A stretch of DNA of 56,983 bases from the NCBI GenBank assembly GCA_018883455.1, contig VEQC01000001.1, forward strand, positions 1-56,983. The letters run 5' to 3'. The notes beneath the pieces were generated by a model, which did no database searches, was not told the DNA's origin, and worked only from the letters and a program-made list of their open reading frames with translations. The DNA is from Limnohabitans sp. (GTDB taxonomy: Bacteria > Pseudomonadota > Gammaproteobacteria > Burkholderiales > Burkholderiaceae_C). Positions 37,083-47,149 of this stretch are shown one piece after another (the stretch's first letter is position 1; every line of letters starts with the position of its first letter). The position numbers and the translations under genes are program-made.

Positions 37083-38285
37083 ATGACCACACGTCGCCAC
37101 TTTATGGGTCAAACCGCTGCCGCAGCGTCCGCCCTCGCATTCCCGCTGGTGGGCGGGGCGCAAGCCAAGTCCATCAAGGTGGGGGTTTTGCACCCGGTCA
37201 CCGGGGCGCTCGCTTATTCGGGGCAGCAATGCCGCGAGGGCGCGCTCCTGGCGATCGAGGACATCAACAAGGCCGGCGGCATCAAGTCGCTCGGCGGCGC
37301 CAAGATCGAGGCCTTGCTCGCCGACGCCCAGTCCACCCCGCAAGCGGGTGCGGCGGAAATTGAAAAACTCAACGAAGCCGGCGTGAGCGCCGTGGTGGGG
37401 GCGTTTGCCTCGGCCATTTGCTTGGCCACCACCCAGGCCGCCGCCAAATACAACCTGCCCCACGTGGTGGACGTGGGCGTGGCCGACCAAATTGTCGAGC
37501 GCGGCCTCAAGAACACCTTCCGCTTTGGCCCGGGCTACAAGAAGTGCGCCGAAATTGCCGTGGCCAACCTGCACGTGCTCAACACCACCGCCGGCCGTCC
37601 GGCCCGCAGCGTGATGATCATTCACGAGGAATCCCTCTTTGGCACCGGCACCGCCAACTTGCTCTCGCGCGAATTGCCCGGCTACGGCTACGAAGTCAAG
37701 GAAGTCATCAAGCACGCCAACCCCACCCGTGACTTCAACAACATCGTCCTGCGCATGAAGCAGGTCAACCCCGACATTGTCATCCCGGCCAACTACTACA
37801 ACGAGTACGCCTTGCTCGTGCGCACCATGCAACAGCAAAAGGTCACCCCCAAGGCGATCTACTCGGTGCTCGGTGGCGCGGCTTCGAGCTACAAGTTCGT
37901 CAAGGAGTTCCCGGATGCGGCCAACGGCATCATCGACTGCAACCACTGGTTCAACCCGCGCGACAAGCGCGCCCAGGATCTCAAAAAGCGCGTCGAAGCC
38001 AAGGGCTTGTTCTTCAGCTACGAAGTCTTCATGACTTACACCGCCATGATGCTGCTGGCCGACGCCATCGAGCGCGCCAAGTCGAGCGACCGCGCCGCCA
38101 TCATCGACGCGCTCGCCTCGAGCAAGTTCAGCAACCACATCATGCCCTATGGTGACACCCAGTTTGTCAACGGCCAGAACATGGGCGCGCAGCCGCTCAT
38201 GACGCAGGTGGTCAAGGGTGACATCAAGGTGATCATCCCGCGCGACTACCGCGAGGTCGAGCCGGTTTTCCCGCTCAAGGCCTAA
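37083..38285 (+). CDS. Liv-type ABC substrate-binding protein, twin-arginine signal
   Basis: MTTRRHF Tat motif; GVLHPVTG, AIEDINKAGGIKSLGG, NTFR. Confidence 0.9.
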   Translation: MTTRRHFMGQTAAAASALAFPLVGGAQAKSIKVGVLHPVTGALAYSGQQCREGALLAIEDINKAGGIKSLGGAKIEALLADAQSTPQAGAAEIEKLNEAGVSAVVGAFASAICLATTQAAAKYNLPHVVDVGVADQIVERGLKNTFRFGPGYKKCAEIAVANLHVLNTTAGRPARSVMIIHEESLFGTGTANLLSRELPGYGYEVKEVIKHANPTRDFNNIVLRMKQVNPDIVIPANYYNEYALLVRTMQQQKVTPKAIYSVLGGAASSYKFVKEFPDAANGIIDCNHWFNPRDKRAQDLKKRVEAKGLFFSYEVFMTYTAMMLLADAIERAKSSDRAAIIDALASSKFSNHIMPYGDTQFVNGQNMGAQPLMTQVVKGDIKVIIPRDYREVEPVFPLKA

Positions 38286-38311
38286 GTACTGGCGTCTGAA
38301 GGGAAGCGCGC

Positions 38312-39184
38312 ATGTTTGACTCGTCCATTCTGTGGGCGTCGGTGCTCAACGGCCTGACGATGGGGGCGGTCTACGCCCTGGTGGCCTTGGGCCTCACGCT
38401 CATTTACGGGGTTTTGCACATCATCAACTTCGCCCACGGGGCGGCGTTGATGGTGGCGCTCTATGGCGTGTACGAGCTCAAACTGCACTTGGGCCTCGAC
38501 CCCTACCTGGCGCTCTTGGTGGTGGTGCCGGTGATGTTTGTGCTCGGCTATGGCTTGCAGCGCATCGTCATCAACCGTGCGAGCCATGGCAAGGACGAGA
38601 ACATTCTGCTCGTCACGCTGGGCCTGTCCATCATCTTGGAGAACCTGGCCTTGCTGGTGTTCAAGTCGGATACCCGCACCATCGACACCGAGTACACCTT
38701 GGCCACGGTGGACATTCTGGGCGCCATGATCTCGCTGCCCAAGCTCTATGCCTTCGCCGGCGCCTTGGTGGTCTCGGCCTTGCTCTTTGCCCTCATGCAG
38801 TACACCAACTTGGGACGCGCCATTCGCGCCGTGGCCAAGGAAAAACTCGGTGCGCGCCTCATGGGCATCGAGGTGGACCATGTCTACGCCATGAGCTTTG
38901 GGGTGGGTCTGGCCTGTCTGGGCGCGGCGGCGTGCTTTCTCATGCCGGCTTACTACGTCAACCCGATGGTGGGCAATGGCTTTGTGCTCATCGCCTTCAC
39001 CACCGTGGTGCTCGGGGGCATGGGCAGCTTTGTGGGCGCGCTCATCGGGGGCTTGCTCATGGGGGTGGTGGAGTCCTTGGGCGGCTTGTACCTGGGTGAA
39101 TCGCTGGGGCAGGTGGGCATCTTCCTGATCTTTATTTTGGTGTTGTTGTTTCGGCCCCAGGGTCTGTTTGGAGCGCGGGCATGA
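38312..39184 (+). CDS. LivH-like ABC permease
   Basis: YALVALGLTLIYG..INFAHG, VVLGGMGS, FRPQGLFG. Confidence 0.9.
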   Translation: MFDSSILWASVLNGLTMGAVYALVALGLTLIYGVLHIINFAHGAALMVALYGVYELKLHLGLDPYLALLVVVPVMFVLGYGLQRIVINRASHGKDENILLVTLGLSIILENLALLVFKSDTRTIDTEYTLATVDILGAMISLPKLYAFAGALVVSALLFALMQYTNLGRAIRAVAKEKLGARLMGIEVDHVYAMSFGVGLACLGAAACFLMPAYYVNPMVGNGFVLIAFTTVVLGGMGSFVGALIGGLLMGVVESLGGLYLGESLGQVGIFLIFILVLLFRPQGLFGARA

Positions 39185-40140
39185 GAGATTTGCGCGCGAT
39201 TGCGCTGTTTGTGCTCGTGGTGGCGAGCGTGCCGCTGTGGACTTCCTCGGGCGTGGTGCTCAACTTCGTCATGATGGCCCTCTACGCGTGCTTGCTCGCG
39301 CAGGCCTGGAACATCCTCGGGGGCTTTGGCGGCCAGTTCTCGTTTGGCCACGCCTTGTTTTTTGGCACCGGGGCCTATGTGCAAATCATGGCCCAGGTGC
39401 ACGGGGGCTGGAACCCCTGGCTCGCCTTGCCGGTGGCCATGGGCATGAGCGCCCTGGTAGCGGTGCTCGTGGGCGCTTTGAGTTTTCGCTACGGCCTGCG
39501 CGGCTCGTACTTCGCCTTGGTCACGCTCGCCTTTGCCGAGGTGTTTCGCATTGTCTCGCTCTCGGTGTCTTTCACCGGCGCGGGGGTGGGCATGATGCTG
39601 CCGCTGCAAGAATCGGCGGCGAACATGCAGTTTGGCAGCCGGGCGGGCTTTCTCTGGTTGGTGCTCGGTTTGGTCACACTCGCCTTGCTCGTGACCGCTT
39701 GGTTGCGTCATTCGCGTTTTGGCGCTTACTTGCAAGCCGTGCGCGATAACGAGGACGCCGCGCGCGCCGTGGGCGTCAACCCCTTGCGCGTCAAGCTCGG
39801 CGCCATCGTGCTCTCGGGGGCGCTCATGGGCGCGGGGGGTGCGTTCTATGTGCAAGTCTTTCAATACATCGACCCCGGCTTGGCCTACGGCCCGCACACC
39901 TCGGTGGAGGCGCTGGTTGGGGCCATCGTGGGCGGCATGGGCACGCTCTGGGGGCCGGTGGTGGGCGCCCTCGCGCTGCACATCCTCGCCGACCTCACGC
40001 GCAACCTCTTCGGACAACTGCCCGGCATCAACATGGTGGTGTATGGGGCGGTGCTGGTGATCATCGTCATGTTCCTGCCACGTGGCGTGGTGGGCTTGGG
40101 CGAGCGTTGGCGGCGGCGCCCGCAAGGGGAGGGCCAGTAA
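39181..40140 (+). CDS. LivM-like ABC permease
   Basis: GQFSFGHALFFG, LRGSYFAL, AVRDNEDAA, GGMGTLWGP. Confidence 0.9.
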   Translation: MRDLRAIALFVLVVASVPLWTSSGVVLNFVMMALYACLLAQAWNILGGFGGQFSFGHALFFGTGAYVQIMAQVHGGWNPWLALPVAMGMSALVAVLVGALSFRYGLRGSYFALVTLAFAEVFRIVSLSVSFTGAGVGMMLPLQESAANMQFGSRAGFLWLVLGLVTLALLVTAWLRHSRFGAYLQAVRDNEDAARAVGVNPLRVKLGAIVLSGALMGAGGAFYVQVFQYIDPGLAYGPHTSVEALVGAIVGGMGTLWGPVVGALALHILADLTRNLFGQLPGINMVVYGAVLVIIVMFLPRGVVGLGERWRRRPQGEGQ

Positions 40141-40884
40141 ATGCTTGTGGTTCACCAGGTCAGCAAATCTTTTGGCGGCTTGAAGGCTGTGCGCGACGTG
40201 AGCTTGAGCGTGCAAGCCGGCACCCTCACCGCCCTCATTGGCCCCAACGGCGCGGGCAAGACCACCCTCTTTGCCTTGCTCAGCGGTTTTTTGCAGCCCG
40301 ACCAAGGGCGCATTGAGTTTCTGGGAGAGGACATCACGGGCGAGCCGCCCCACGCCAACGCGCGTCGGGGCATGACCCGTACCTTCCAGATCGTGCAGCC
40401 CTTTGCCGCGCAAACCGTACGCGAGAACATCGCGGTGGGGGCGCACCTGCAACACGGTGAGCGCGCCGCAGCCTTGCGCGCGGCCGAGGCCGTGGCGGCG
40501 CGCGTGGGTCTGGCCGCGCAACTCGACAAACCGGCGAGCGACCTCACGGTGGCCGGGCGCAAGCGCCTCGAACTCGCCCGCGCCTTGGCTACCCAGCCAC
40601 GCCTGCTTTTATTGGACGAAGTGCTCGCCGGCTTGAACCCGCAAGAAATTCAAGAAATGATTCCGGTCGTGCGCGGTTTGGTCGACGACGGCGTGACCGT
40701 CTTGATGATTGAGCACGTCATGCAGGCGGTGATGAACTTGGCCGAGCACGTGTGGGTGCTCGCGCAGGGCCAGCTGATCGCCCATGGCTCACCGCAGGAA
40801 GTCACGCGCCACCCGCAAGTGGTCGAGGCCTACCTCGGGCACGGCACGGCCGCGCGCTTGCGCGCACAGGGGGGGGCGGCATGA
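40141..40884 (+). CDS. LivG-like ABC ATPase
   Basis: GPNGAGKTT, RTFQ, LLDE, IEH, AYLG. Confidence 0.9.
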   Translation: MLVVHQVSKSFGGLKAVRDVSLSVQAGTLTALIGPNGAGKTTLFALLSGFLQPDQGRIEFLGEDITGEPPHANARRGMTRTFQIVQPFAAQTVRENIAVGAHLQHGERAAALRAAEAVAARVGLAAQLDKPASDLTVAGRKRLELARALATQPRLLLLDEVLAGLNPQEIQEMIPVVRGLVDDGVTVLMIEHVMQAVMNLAEHVWVLAQGQLIAHGSPQEVTRHPQVVEAYLGHGTAARLRAQGGAA

Positions 40885-41588
40885 GTCTCTTACAAATCGA
40901 GGGCATTCGCGCGGGCTATGGCGCGGTGGAAATTCTGCGCGGCATTGACCTGCACATCGAGGCGGGCGAGCTCGTCGCGCTCTTGGGCAGCAACGGGGCG
41001 GGCAAGACCACGCTCAATGCCGTGCTCTCGGGCCTCATTCGGCCGTGGGCGGGGCAGGTGCGCTTTGACGGTCAGGACCTCACCCAAGCAGGGGCGCGGG
41101 CCGTGGTGCAGGCCGGTTTGATTCAAGTGCCCGAAGGGCGAAAAATCTTTCCCAACCTCTCGGTGCGCGAGAACTTGGAGCTCGGGGCCTACGCGCGCGG
41201 ACAGGCGCGCCGCGAGGACAACCTCACCGCCGTGCTCACCCGCTTTCCGCGCTTGCGTGAGCGCTTGACGCAGCTCGCCGGCACCATGAGCGGGGGCGAG
41301 CAGCAAATGCTCGCCATTGGCCGCGGCCTCATGGCCGAGCCGCGCTTACTGATTTTGGATGAGCCGTCTTTGGGCCTCTCGCCGCTCTTGGTGGAGGAGC
41401 TCTTTACCCTCATCGCCCAGTTGCGCGCCGATGGACTCTCCATCCTCCTCGTGGAGCAAAACGTGGGGCAATCCTTGGAGATTGCCGACCGCGCCTACGT
41501 CATGGAGAACGGACAAATTCGCTTTGATGGCCTGCCTCAGGATTTGCTCGCCAGTGACGAGCTGCGTCAGGCCTATTTGGGGCTTTGA
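40881..41588 (+). CDS. LivF-like ABC ATPase
   Basis: Start ATG 40881; GSNGAGKT, PEGRKIF, MSGGEQQML, LDEPSLGL. Confidence 0.9.
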   Translation: MSLLQIEGIRAGYGAVEILRGIDLHIEAGELVALLGSNGAGKTTLNAVLSGLIRPWAGQVRFDGQDLTQAGARAVVQAGLIQVPEGRKIFPNLSVRENLELGAYARGQARREDNLTAVLTRFPRLRERLTQLAGTMSGGEQQMLAIGRGLMAEPRLLILDEPSLGLSPLLVEELFTLIAQLRADGLSILLVEQNVGQSLEIADRAYVMENGQIRFDGLPQDLLASDELRQAYLGL

Positions 41589-41629
41589 GCCCGACCGTGA
41601 ACCCACCCCCTTTGCCCAGTGCCCCTCGC

Positions 41630-42904
41630 ATGAACGCCCCCCAGTCCCTCGCGCAAAAACTCATTGCCCGTGCCGCGGGTCAGGCGCACGTGGCGGTGGG
41701 CGACATCGTGACCTGCCGGGTGGACTTGGCGATGTTTCACGATTCCTCAGGCCCGCGCCGCCTCAAGCCCATGCTCGAAAAACTGGGCGTACCGATCTGG
41801 GACCGCAACCGCGTGGTCTTGGTGCTCGACCACTATGTGCCGGCACAGGACCCCGACGCGCAACACATCATTGAGCTCACCCGCCGCGTGGCGCGCGAGT
41901 GGAAGCTCCCCCACGTCATCGACAGCGAGGGCATCTGCCATGTGGTGCTGCCCGAGCGCGGACATCTCGCCCCGGGCCTCTTTTGCGTGGGGGGCGACTC
42001 GCACTCGCCCACCGGTGGGGCCTTTGCGTGCTACATGTTTGGCATTGGCGCGACCGAAATGCTCGGCGTGTGCGCCACCGGGGAATTGTGGGTGCAGGTG
42101 CCGCGCACCCTGCGCATGCAGTGGGATGGCCAGTTATCCGATGGCGTGACCGCCAAAGACATGATGCTGCACCTCATCGGCCGCTTTGGCATGAATGGGG
42201 GTCAATACCAGGCCGTCGAGTTTGGCGGCACGGCAGTGCAGGCGCTCGAGATGGCCGAGCGCATGACGCTCTCGAACATGAGCGCCGAGTTGGGCGCGCA
42301 AGTGGGCCTGTGCGAAGCTGACGACACCCTGGTGCGTCACCTGCGCGGCCTGGGCGTGGACGAGTCGCGCTTGGCCGATGCCTTGCAGTGGCGCAGCGAC
42401 CCCGGCAGTGCCGACCAAACCCATGCCTTTGATGCCGCCACACTCGCGCCGCAAGTGGCCGCGCCGCACAGCCCGGCCAACACGGCGGCGGTGACGGCGC
42501 ACACCGACGTGCGACCGCAAATCGCCTACATCGGCGCGTGCACCGGCGCCAAGCTGCAAGATTTGCGCGCCGCCGCGCGCGTCTTGCGCGGCCAGCGGGT
42601 GGCCGAGGGGGTGCAGTTGTTGGTCGCCCCCGCGAGTCGGCGCGAGCAACAAGTCGCCGAGCGCGAGGGCACGTTGCAAACCCTCATCGATGCGGGCGCG
42701 CAGGTATTGCCCAACAGCTGCGGCGCATGCGCGGGTTACGGGGGCACCTTTGCCGAAGGACAGACGGTCATCTCGAGCACGGCGCGCAACTTCAAGGGCC
42801 GCATGGGCCCGGCGAGCGTGCAGGTCTACCTCGCCTCGCCCTATACCGTGGCGGCGAGCGCGCTGCGCGGACGCATCACCGATCCGCGCGAGGTGTTGGC
42901 ATGA
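41630..42904 (+). CDS. LeuC/DmdA/HacA-like [4Fe-4S] hydratase large subunit
   Basis: LDH, GICH, GDSH, ERMTLSNM, cluster Cys in IGACTG and CGAC, RNFKGRMG; the start could also be TTG 41585. Confidence 0.88.
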   Translation: MNAPQSLAQKLIARAAGQAHVAVGDIVTCRVDLAMFHDSSGPRRLKPMLEKLGVPIWDRNRVVLVLDHYVPAQDPDAQHIIELTRRVAREWKLPHVIDSEGICHVVLPERGHLAPGLFCVGGDSHSPTGGAFACYMFGIGATEMLGVCATGELWVQVPRTLRMQWDGQLSDGVTAKDMMLHLIGRFGMNGGQYQAVEFGGTAVQALEMAERMTLSNMSAELGAQVGLCEADDTLVRHLRGLGVDESRLADALQWRSDPGSADQTHAFDAATLAPQVAAPHSPANTAAVTAHTDVRPQIAYIGACTGAKLQDLRAAARVLRGQRVAEGVQLLVAPASRREQQVAEREGTLQTLIDAGAQVLPNSCGACAGYGGTFAEGQTVISSTARNFKGRMGPASVQVYLASPYTVAASALRGRITDPREVLA

Positions 42905-43416
42905 ACGCTGAGCATGACCGCGGCCGCGTCTGGCGCCTCGGCCCGGACATCGACACCGATGTGCTCGCGCCGGGCATTTACATGAAGGGCAGCCTGGAAG
43001 TGCTCGCCACCCATTGCTTGGAATCGGTGCGCCCGGACTTCGCGCCCGGCGTGCGCGCGGGGGATGTGGTGGCGGCGGGGCCGAACTTTGGCATTGGCTC
43101 CTCACGCGAGCAGGCCGCCGGCGTGTTGCGCCACTTGGGCGTGGCGGCGGTGATCGCCCCGTCCTACAGCGGCCTGTACTTTCGCAACGCCTTCAACCTC
43201 GGCCTCTTGCTGTTGACTTGCCCCGAGGCCGAAACCCTCGTCGAAGGCGAGCGCGTGCGCCTGGACTGGCAAGACCCCAGCCGCGCCCCCTGCGTGCACA
43301 CCGAGTCTGGGCGCACCCTGGTTTGCGCGAACGTGCCCGACTTTTTGCTCGACATGGTGCGCGCGGGCGGTTTGTTGCCCGCCCTCACCGAAAAATTTCA
43401 GAAGAAGAACCCATGA
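42901..43416 (+). CDS. LeuD/DmdB-like hydratase small subunit
   Basis: DIDTD, NFGIGSSREQA, YFRNAFNLG. Confidence 0.88.
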   Translation: MNAEHDRGRVWRLGPDIDTDVLAPGIYMKGSLEVLATHCLESVRPDFAPGVRAGDVVAAGPNFGIGSSREQAAGVLRHLGVAAVIAPSYSGLYFRNAFNLGLLLLTCPEAETLVEGERVRLDWQDPSRAPCVHTESGRTLVCANVPDFLLDMVRAGGLLPALTEKFQKKNP

Positions 43417-45083
43417 CCTCAGCCCTCGACCCCGTGAGCCTGGCCGTCCTCAAAGGACGCTTGGAGCAAATTGCCGACGAGATGGACGCCACGCTCTACC
43501 GCAGCGCCTTCAACCCCATCATTGCCGAGGCGCACGACGCCTGCCACGGCCTCTACGACGCACAGAGCGGCGACACCCTCATTCAGGGCAAGTCGGGCCT
43601 GCCCGTGTTTGTGGGCGCGATGGCCTTTGCGGTGCGCACCGCCATGGCCGCTGCCGCCGAACGCGGGGGCATGCAAGTGGGGGACACCTGGCTCTTCAAC
43701 GATCCCTATGACGGCGGCACCCACGCCAATGACTTCAAACTCGTGCGCCCGGTGTTCCGCGAGGGGCGTTTGTTTTGTTTCTTGGCTTCGGCTGCGCACT
43801 GGCACGACGTGGGCGGCGCGGTGCCTGGCAACTACAACCCCGCGGCCACCGAGTGCTGGCAAGAAGCGGTGCAAATTCCGCCGGTGCGCATTTTGCGCGG
43901 CGGCCAGATGGACGCGGACGTGCTCGCCATCCTCAAAGCCAACACCCGCTTGCCCGACAGCCTCTGGGGCGACCTCAACGGCCAACTGGCGGCGCTGGAG
44001 TTGGGCGAGCGGCGCTTGCAGCAGCTCTTGGACGAGCAGGGCGATGCGCGTGTGCTCGCGGCCATGCAGTCCTTGCGCGAACGCGCGCAAGTGCTCATGC
44101 GCGCGCACATTCGGGATTTGCCCGACGGCACCTACCGCTTTGACGATTGGCTCGACAACGACGGCGTGCGCGATGAAAAGCTCGCCATCGCCCTGGACAT
44201 GACGGTCGCGGGCGACCGCTTGACGCTGGACTTCTCGCGCACCAGCCCGCAGTGCGCGGGGCCGGTCAACATCTCGCGCGCCACGGCCGTGGCCGCGTGC
44301 TACGTGGCGCTCAAGCACGTCTTTCCGGATGTGCCTGCCAACGCGGGGGTGTTGGACGCGGTGGAGATTCAAATCCCCGATGGCAAGGTGATCAGCGCGA
44401 GCCGGCCCCGACCGGTGGGGGGCTACACCGAGACCATTTTGCGCATGATCGATGTCATTTTTGGCGCGACCGCGCTGGCCGATCCCGAGCGCGCCGTGGC
44501 CCAGGCCTACGGCACCATCAACGCGCTGTCCATCGCGGGTCACCGCACGGATCCGGCGCGCGCGGGTCAGCGCTGGGTGATGTTTAGCTTTTTTGGCGGT
44601 GGCCACGGCGGCCACAGCGCGGGCGATGGCTTGAGCCATGGCAACGCGCCCATCTCCACCGCCACCATCCCGCCCCTGGAGATTTTGGAGGCGGCTTACC
44701 CGGTTCGCTTTACCCAGTGGGCCTTGCGCGATCATTCCGGCGGCGACGGTCAGTACCGCGGCGGGCTGGGGGCGGTGTACGAAATTGAATTGCTCGAGGA
44801 GAGCGCCGAAGCCTTCATCTTTGGTGAACGCGGCAAAGCGCCTCCCCAAGGGGTCAACGGCGGTCAGCCCGCCTTGCCCAACGTCTTCCTCTACGAGAAC
44901 GACGGCCAGTGGCTGCGCCCGCCCATGGTCTCCAAAATGCTCGGCATTCGCCTGCGCAAGGGCGAGCGTGTGCGCCTGGAAACGCCCGGTGGAGGAGGGT
45001 GGGGAGACCCGCGTGCCCGCAACCCGCAGGCGCGTGCGCAGGACTTGGCCCTGGGCTTTGTGCGTGCGAAGGAGTCCGTATGA
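43413..45083 (+). CDS. Hydantoinase B / oxoprolinase family subunit
   Basis: RSAFNPII, NDPYDGGTH, HWHDVGGAVPG, SGGDGQYRGG, ETPGGGGWGDP; start ATG 43413. Confidence 0.92.
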   Translation: MTSALDPVSLAVLKGRLEQIADEMDATLYRSAFNPIIAEAHDACHGLYDAQSGDTLIQGKSGLPVFVGAMAFAVRTAMAAAAERGGMQVGDTWLFNDPYDGGTHANDFKLVRPVFREGRLFCFLASAAHWHDVGGAVPGNYNPAATECWQEAVQIPPVRILRGGQMDADVLAILKANTRLPDSLWGDLNGQLAALELGERRLQQLLDEQGDARVLAAMQSLRERAQVLMRAHIRDLPDGTYRFDDWLDNDGVRDEKLAIALDMTVAGDRLTLDFSRTSPQCAGPVNISRATAVAACYVALKHVFPDVPANAGVLDAVEIQIPDGKVISASRPRPVGGYTETILRMIDVIFGATALADPERAVAQAYGTINALSIAGHRTDPARAGQRWVMFSFFGGGHGGHSAGDGLSHGNAPISTATIPPLEILEAAYPVRFTQWALRDHSGGDGQYRGGLGAVYEIELLEESAEAFIFGERGKAPPQGVNGGQPALPNVFLYENDGQWLRPPMVSKMLGIRLRKGERVRLETPGGGGWGDPRARNPQARAQDLALGFVRAKESV

Positions 45084-47149
45084 GCCAGCCGCGTTTGATT
45101 GTCGGAGTCGATGTCGGGGGCACCTTCACCGATTTGTTTGTGCTCGATGAGGCGGCCGCCCAGGCCCACATCGTCAAAGTGCCCTCCACCCGGGGCGAAG
45201 AATCCGTGGGCTTCATGAATGGCATTCGCGGCGCACTCGCGGCCGCGGGCGTGACGGCCACGCCCCAAGAGGCCTCCGCCTTGGCCACCATCGTGCACGG
45301 CACCACCGTGGGCACCAATGCCTTGCTCGAGCGCAAGATGGCGCGCACGGGCATCATCACCACGCGCGGCTTTCGCGATGTGCTCGAGATGCGCCGCCGT
45401 GACCGCCCGCAAACCTGGGGCCTGCGCGGCAACTACCGCCCCGTCGTGCCCCGCGATTTGCGCTTGGAAGTGGACGAGCGCGTCCTCGCCGACGGCAGCC
45501 TGCACACCCCGGTTGACTTGGCGCAGGTGCGCCAAGCCGCGCGGGAGTTGCTCGCCCAAGGCTGCGAGGCCGTGTGCCTCTTCTTCATTCACGCCTACGC
45601 CAACCCCGCCAACGAGCGCGCGGCGGTGGCAGCGGTGCGCGAGATCTGGCCCAACCCGCATGTGACTGCGGCGCACGAAGTGCTGCCCGAGATTCGGGAG
45701 TTTGAGCGCTGCTCGACAGCCACCCTCAACGCCTCGCTGCAACCGGTGGTGGGCAGCTACCTCGGGCGCTTGGAGGCCGATTTGCGCGCGCAGGGCTTTG
45801 CCGGTGAGTTGCTCATCGTGCAGAGCAATGGGGGCGTGATGTCGCGCCAAACCGCGTGTGAGGTGCCGGTGCGCACCGCCCTCTCGGGGCCTGCCGCGGG
45901 CGTGATCGCCTGCGCCGCCGTGGCACGCGCTTCGGGCTATCCGAACGTGATCACGGGAGACATGGGGGGAACCTCCTTTGATGTCTCGCTCGTGGCCGGG
46001 GGCGAGGCCGCGCTCACCGCGCAAACGGCGGTGGAGTTTGGCCTCGTGGTGCGCTCGCCCATGATTCAAATCGAGACCATCGGCGCGGGGGGCGGCTCGA
46101 TCGCCTCGGTGGACGCCAGCGGCATGTTGCAAGTCGGCCCCGAGTCGGCGGGCAGCGTGCCCGGCCCGGTGTGTTACGGGCGGGGCAACACCCGCCCCAC
46201 CGTCACCGACGCCAATGTGGTGCTCGGGCGTATTGCCGCGGAGCGGCCGCTCGGCGGCGGCCTCTTGCAAGCGCTCGATGCCAAAGCGGCCTTGGCGGCC
46301 ATTGACACCGCAGTGGCCAAGCCCCTGGGGCTCGACCCCATGGCTGCGGCTGAGGCCATCCTCACGGTGGCCAACGCCAAGATGGCTGGCGCCATTCGTG
46401 TGGTCTCCATTGAAAAAGGCCACGACCCGCGCAGCTTTGCCTACATGCCCTTTGGGGGCGGGGGCGCCTTGCACGTGTGCGCCATGATGCGTGAAGTGGG
46501 TGTGAGCACGGGCATCATCCCGCGCTACCCCGGCGTGACCTCGGCCCTGGGCTGCGTCATGGCCGACATGCGCCACGACGCGGTGCAAACCCTCAACCAG
46601 ACCCTCGATGGGTTGGACATCGACGCGCTGCAAGCGCGGGTGGACGACTTGGCCGCCCAGTGTCAGCAGCGCCTGGACTCCGCAGGCGTGCGCTTTGCGG
46701 GGGTGACGCAGGAAGTGGCCTTGGACATGCTCTACCTGGGACAGACCCACACCTTGCCCGTGGTCTTGCCCGCCGGGCCGTTCACGCGCGAGGGCATTCG
46801 CGCTGCCTTTGAGCGCGCCTACGCCGCAGCCTTCGGCCGCACCTTGCCGGGGTTGGTGATTCGGGTGCTCAACTTGCGCTACGCGCGCATCGGCTTGCGA
46901 CCGAAGTTTGATTTGGCCTTGCTCGCCCCCAAAGGTGCGGGCAAGACCGAGGCGCTGGGCGTGCAGCGCGTCTACCACGAGGGCCAGTGGTGGGATGCCC
47001 AACGCTATGCGCGGTTGGATTTGCCCGTCGGGCACACCGTGCAAGGCCCGGCCATTTTGGAGCAGGCCGACACCACGGTCTGGCTCGAGCCCGGCTTTGT
47101 CGCGCGGGTGGATGCCTTGGGTAACTTACTTGTGGAGCGAAACGCATGA
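45080..47149 (+). CDS. Hydantoinase A / oxoprolinase family subunit (ATP-binding)
   Basis: GVDVGGTFTD, HGTTVGTNA, SGPAAG, DMGGTSFD, GAGGGS, GPESAGS; start ATG 45080 behind AAGGAG. Confidence 0.92.
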   Translation: MSQPRLIVGVDVGGTFTDLFVLDEAAAQAHIVKVPSTRGEESVGFMNGIRGALAAAGVTATPQEASALATIVHGTTVGTNALLERKMARTGIITTRGFRDVLEMRRRDRPQTWGLRGNYRPVVPRDLRLEVDERVLADGSLHTPVDLAQVRQAARELLAQGCEAVCLFFIHAYANPANERAAVAAVREIWPNPHVTAAHEVLPEIREFERCSTATLNASLQPVVGSYLGRLEADLRAQGFAGELLIVQSNGGVMSRQTACEVPVRTALSGPAAGVIACAAVARASGYPNVITGDMGGTSFDVSLVAGGEAALTAQTAVEFGLVVRSPMIQIETIGAGGGSIASVDASGMLQVGPESAGSVPGPVCYGRGNTRPTVTDANVVLGRIAAERPLGGGLLQALDAKAALAAIDTAVAKPLGLDPMAAAEAILTVANAKMAGAIRVVSIEKGHDPRSFAYMPFGGGGALHVCAMMREVGVSTGIIPRYPGVTSALGCVMADMRHDAVQTLNQTLDGLDIDALQARVDDLAAQCQQRLDSAGVRFAGVTQEVALDMLYLGQTHTLPVVLPAGPFTREGIRAAFERAYAAAFGRTLPGLVIRVLNLRYARIGLRPKFDLALLAPKGAGKTEALGVQRVYHEGQWWDAQRYARLDLPVGHTVQGPAILEQADTTVWLEPGFVARVDALGNLLVERNA

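Noticed and set aside
41630-43416. Calling these genes leucine-biosynthetic leuC/leuD
   Set aside because: Short DmdA/HacA-type sequences embedded in a catabolic operon with no leuA or leuB nearby; symbols withheld.
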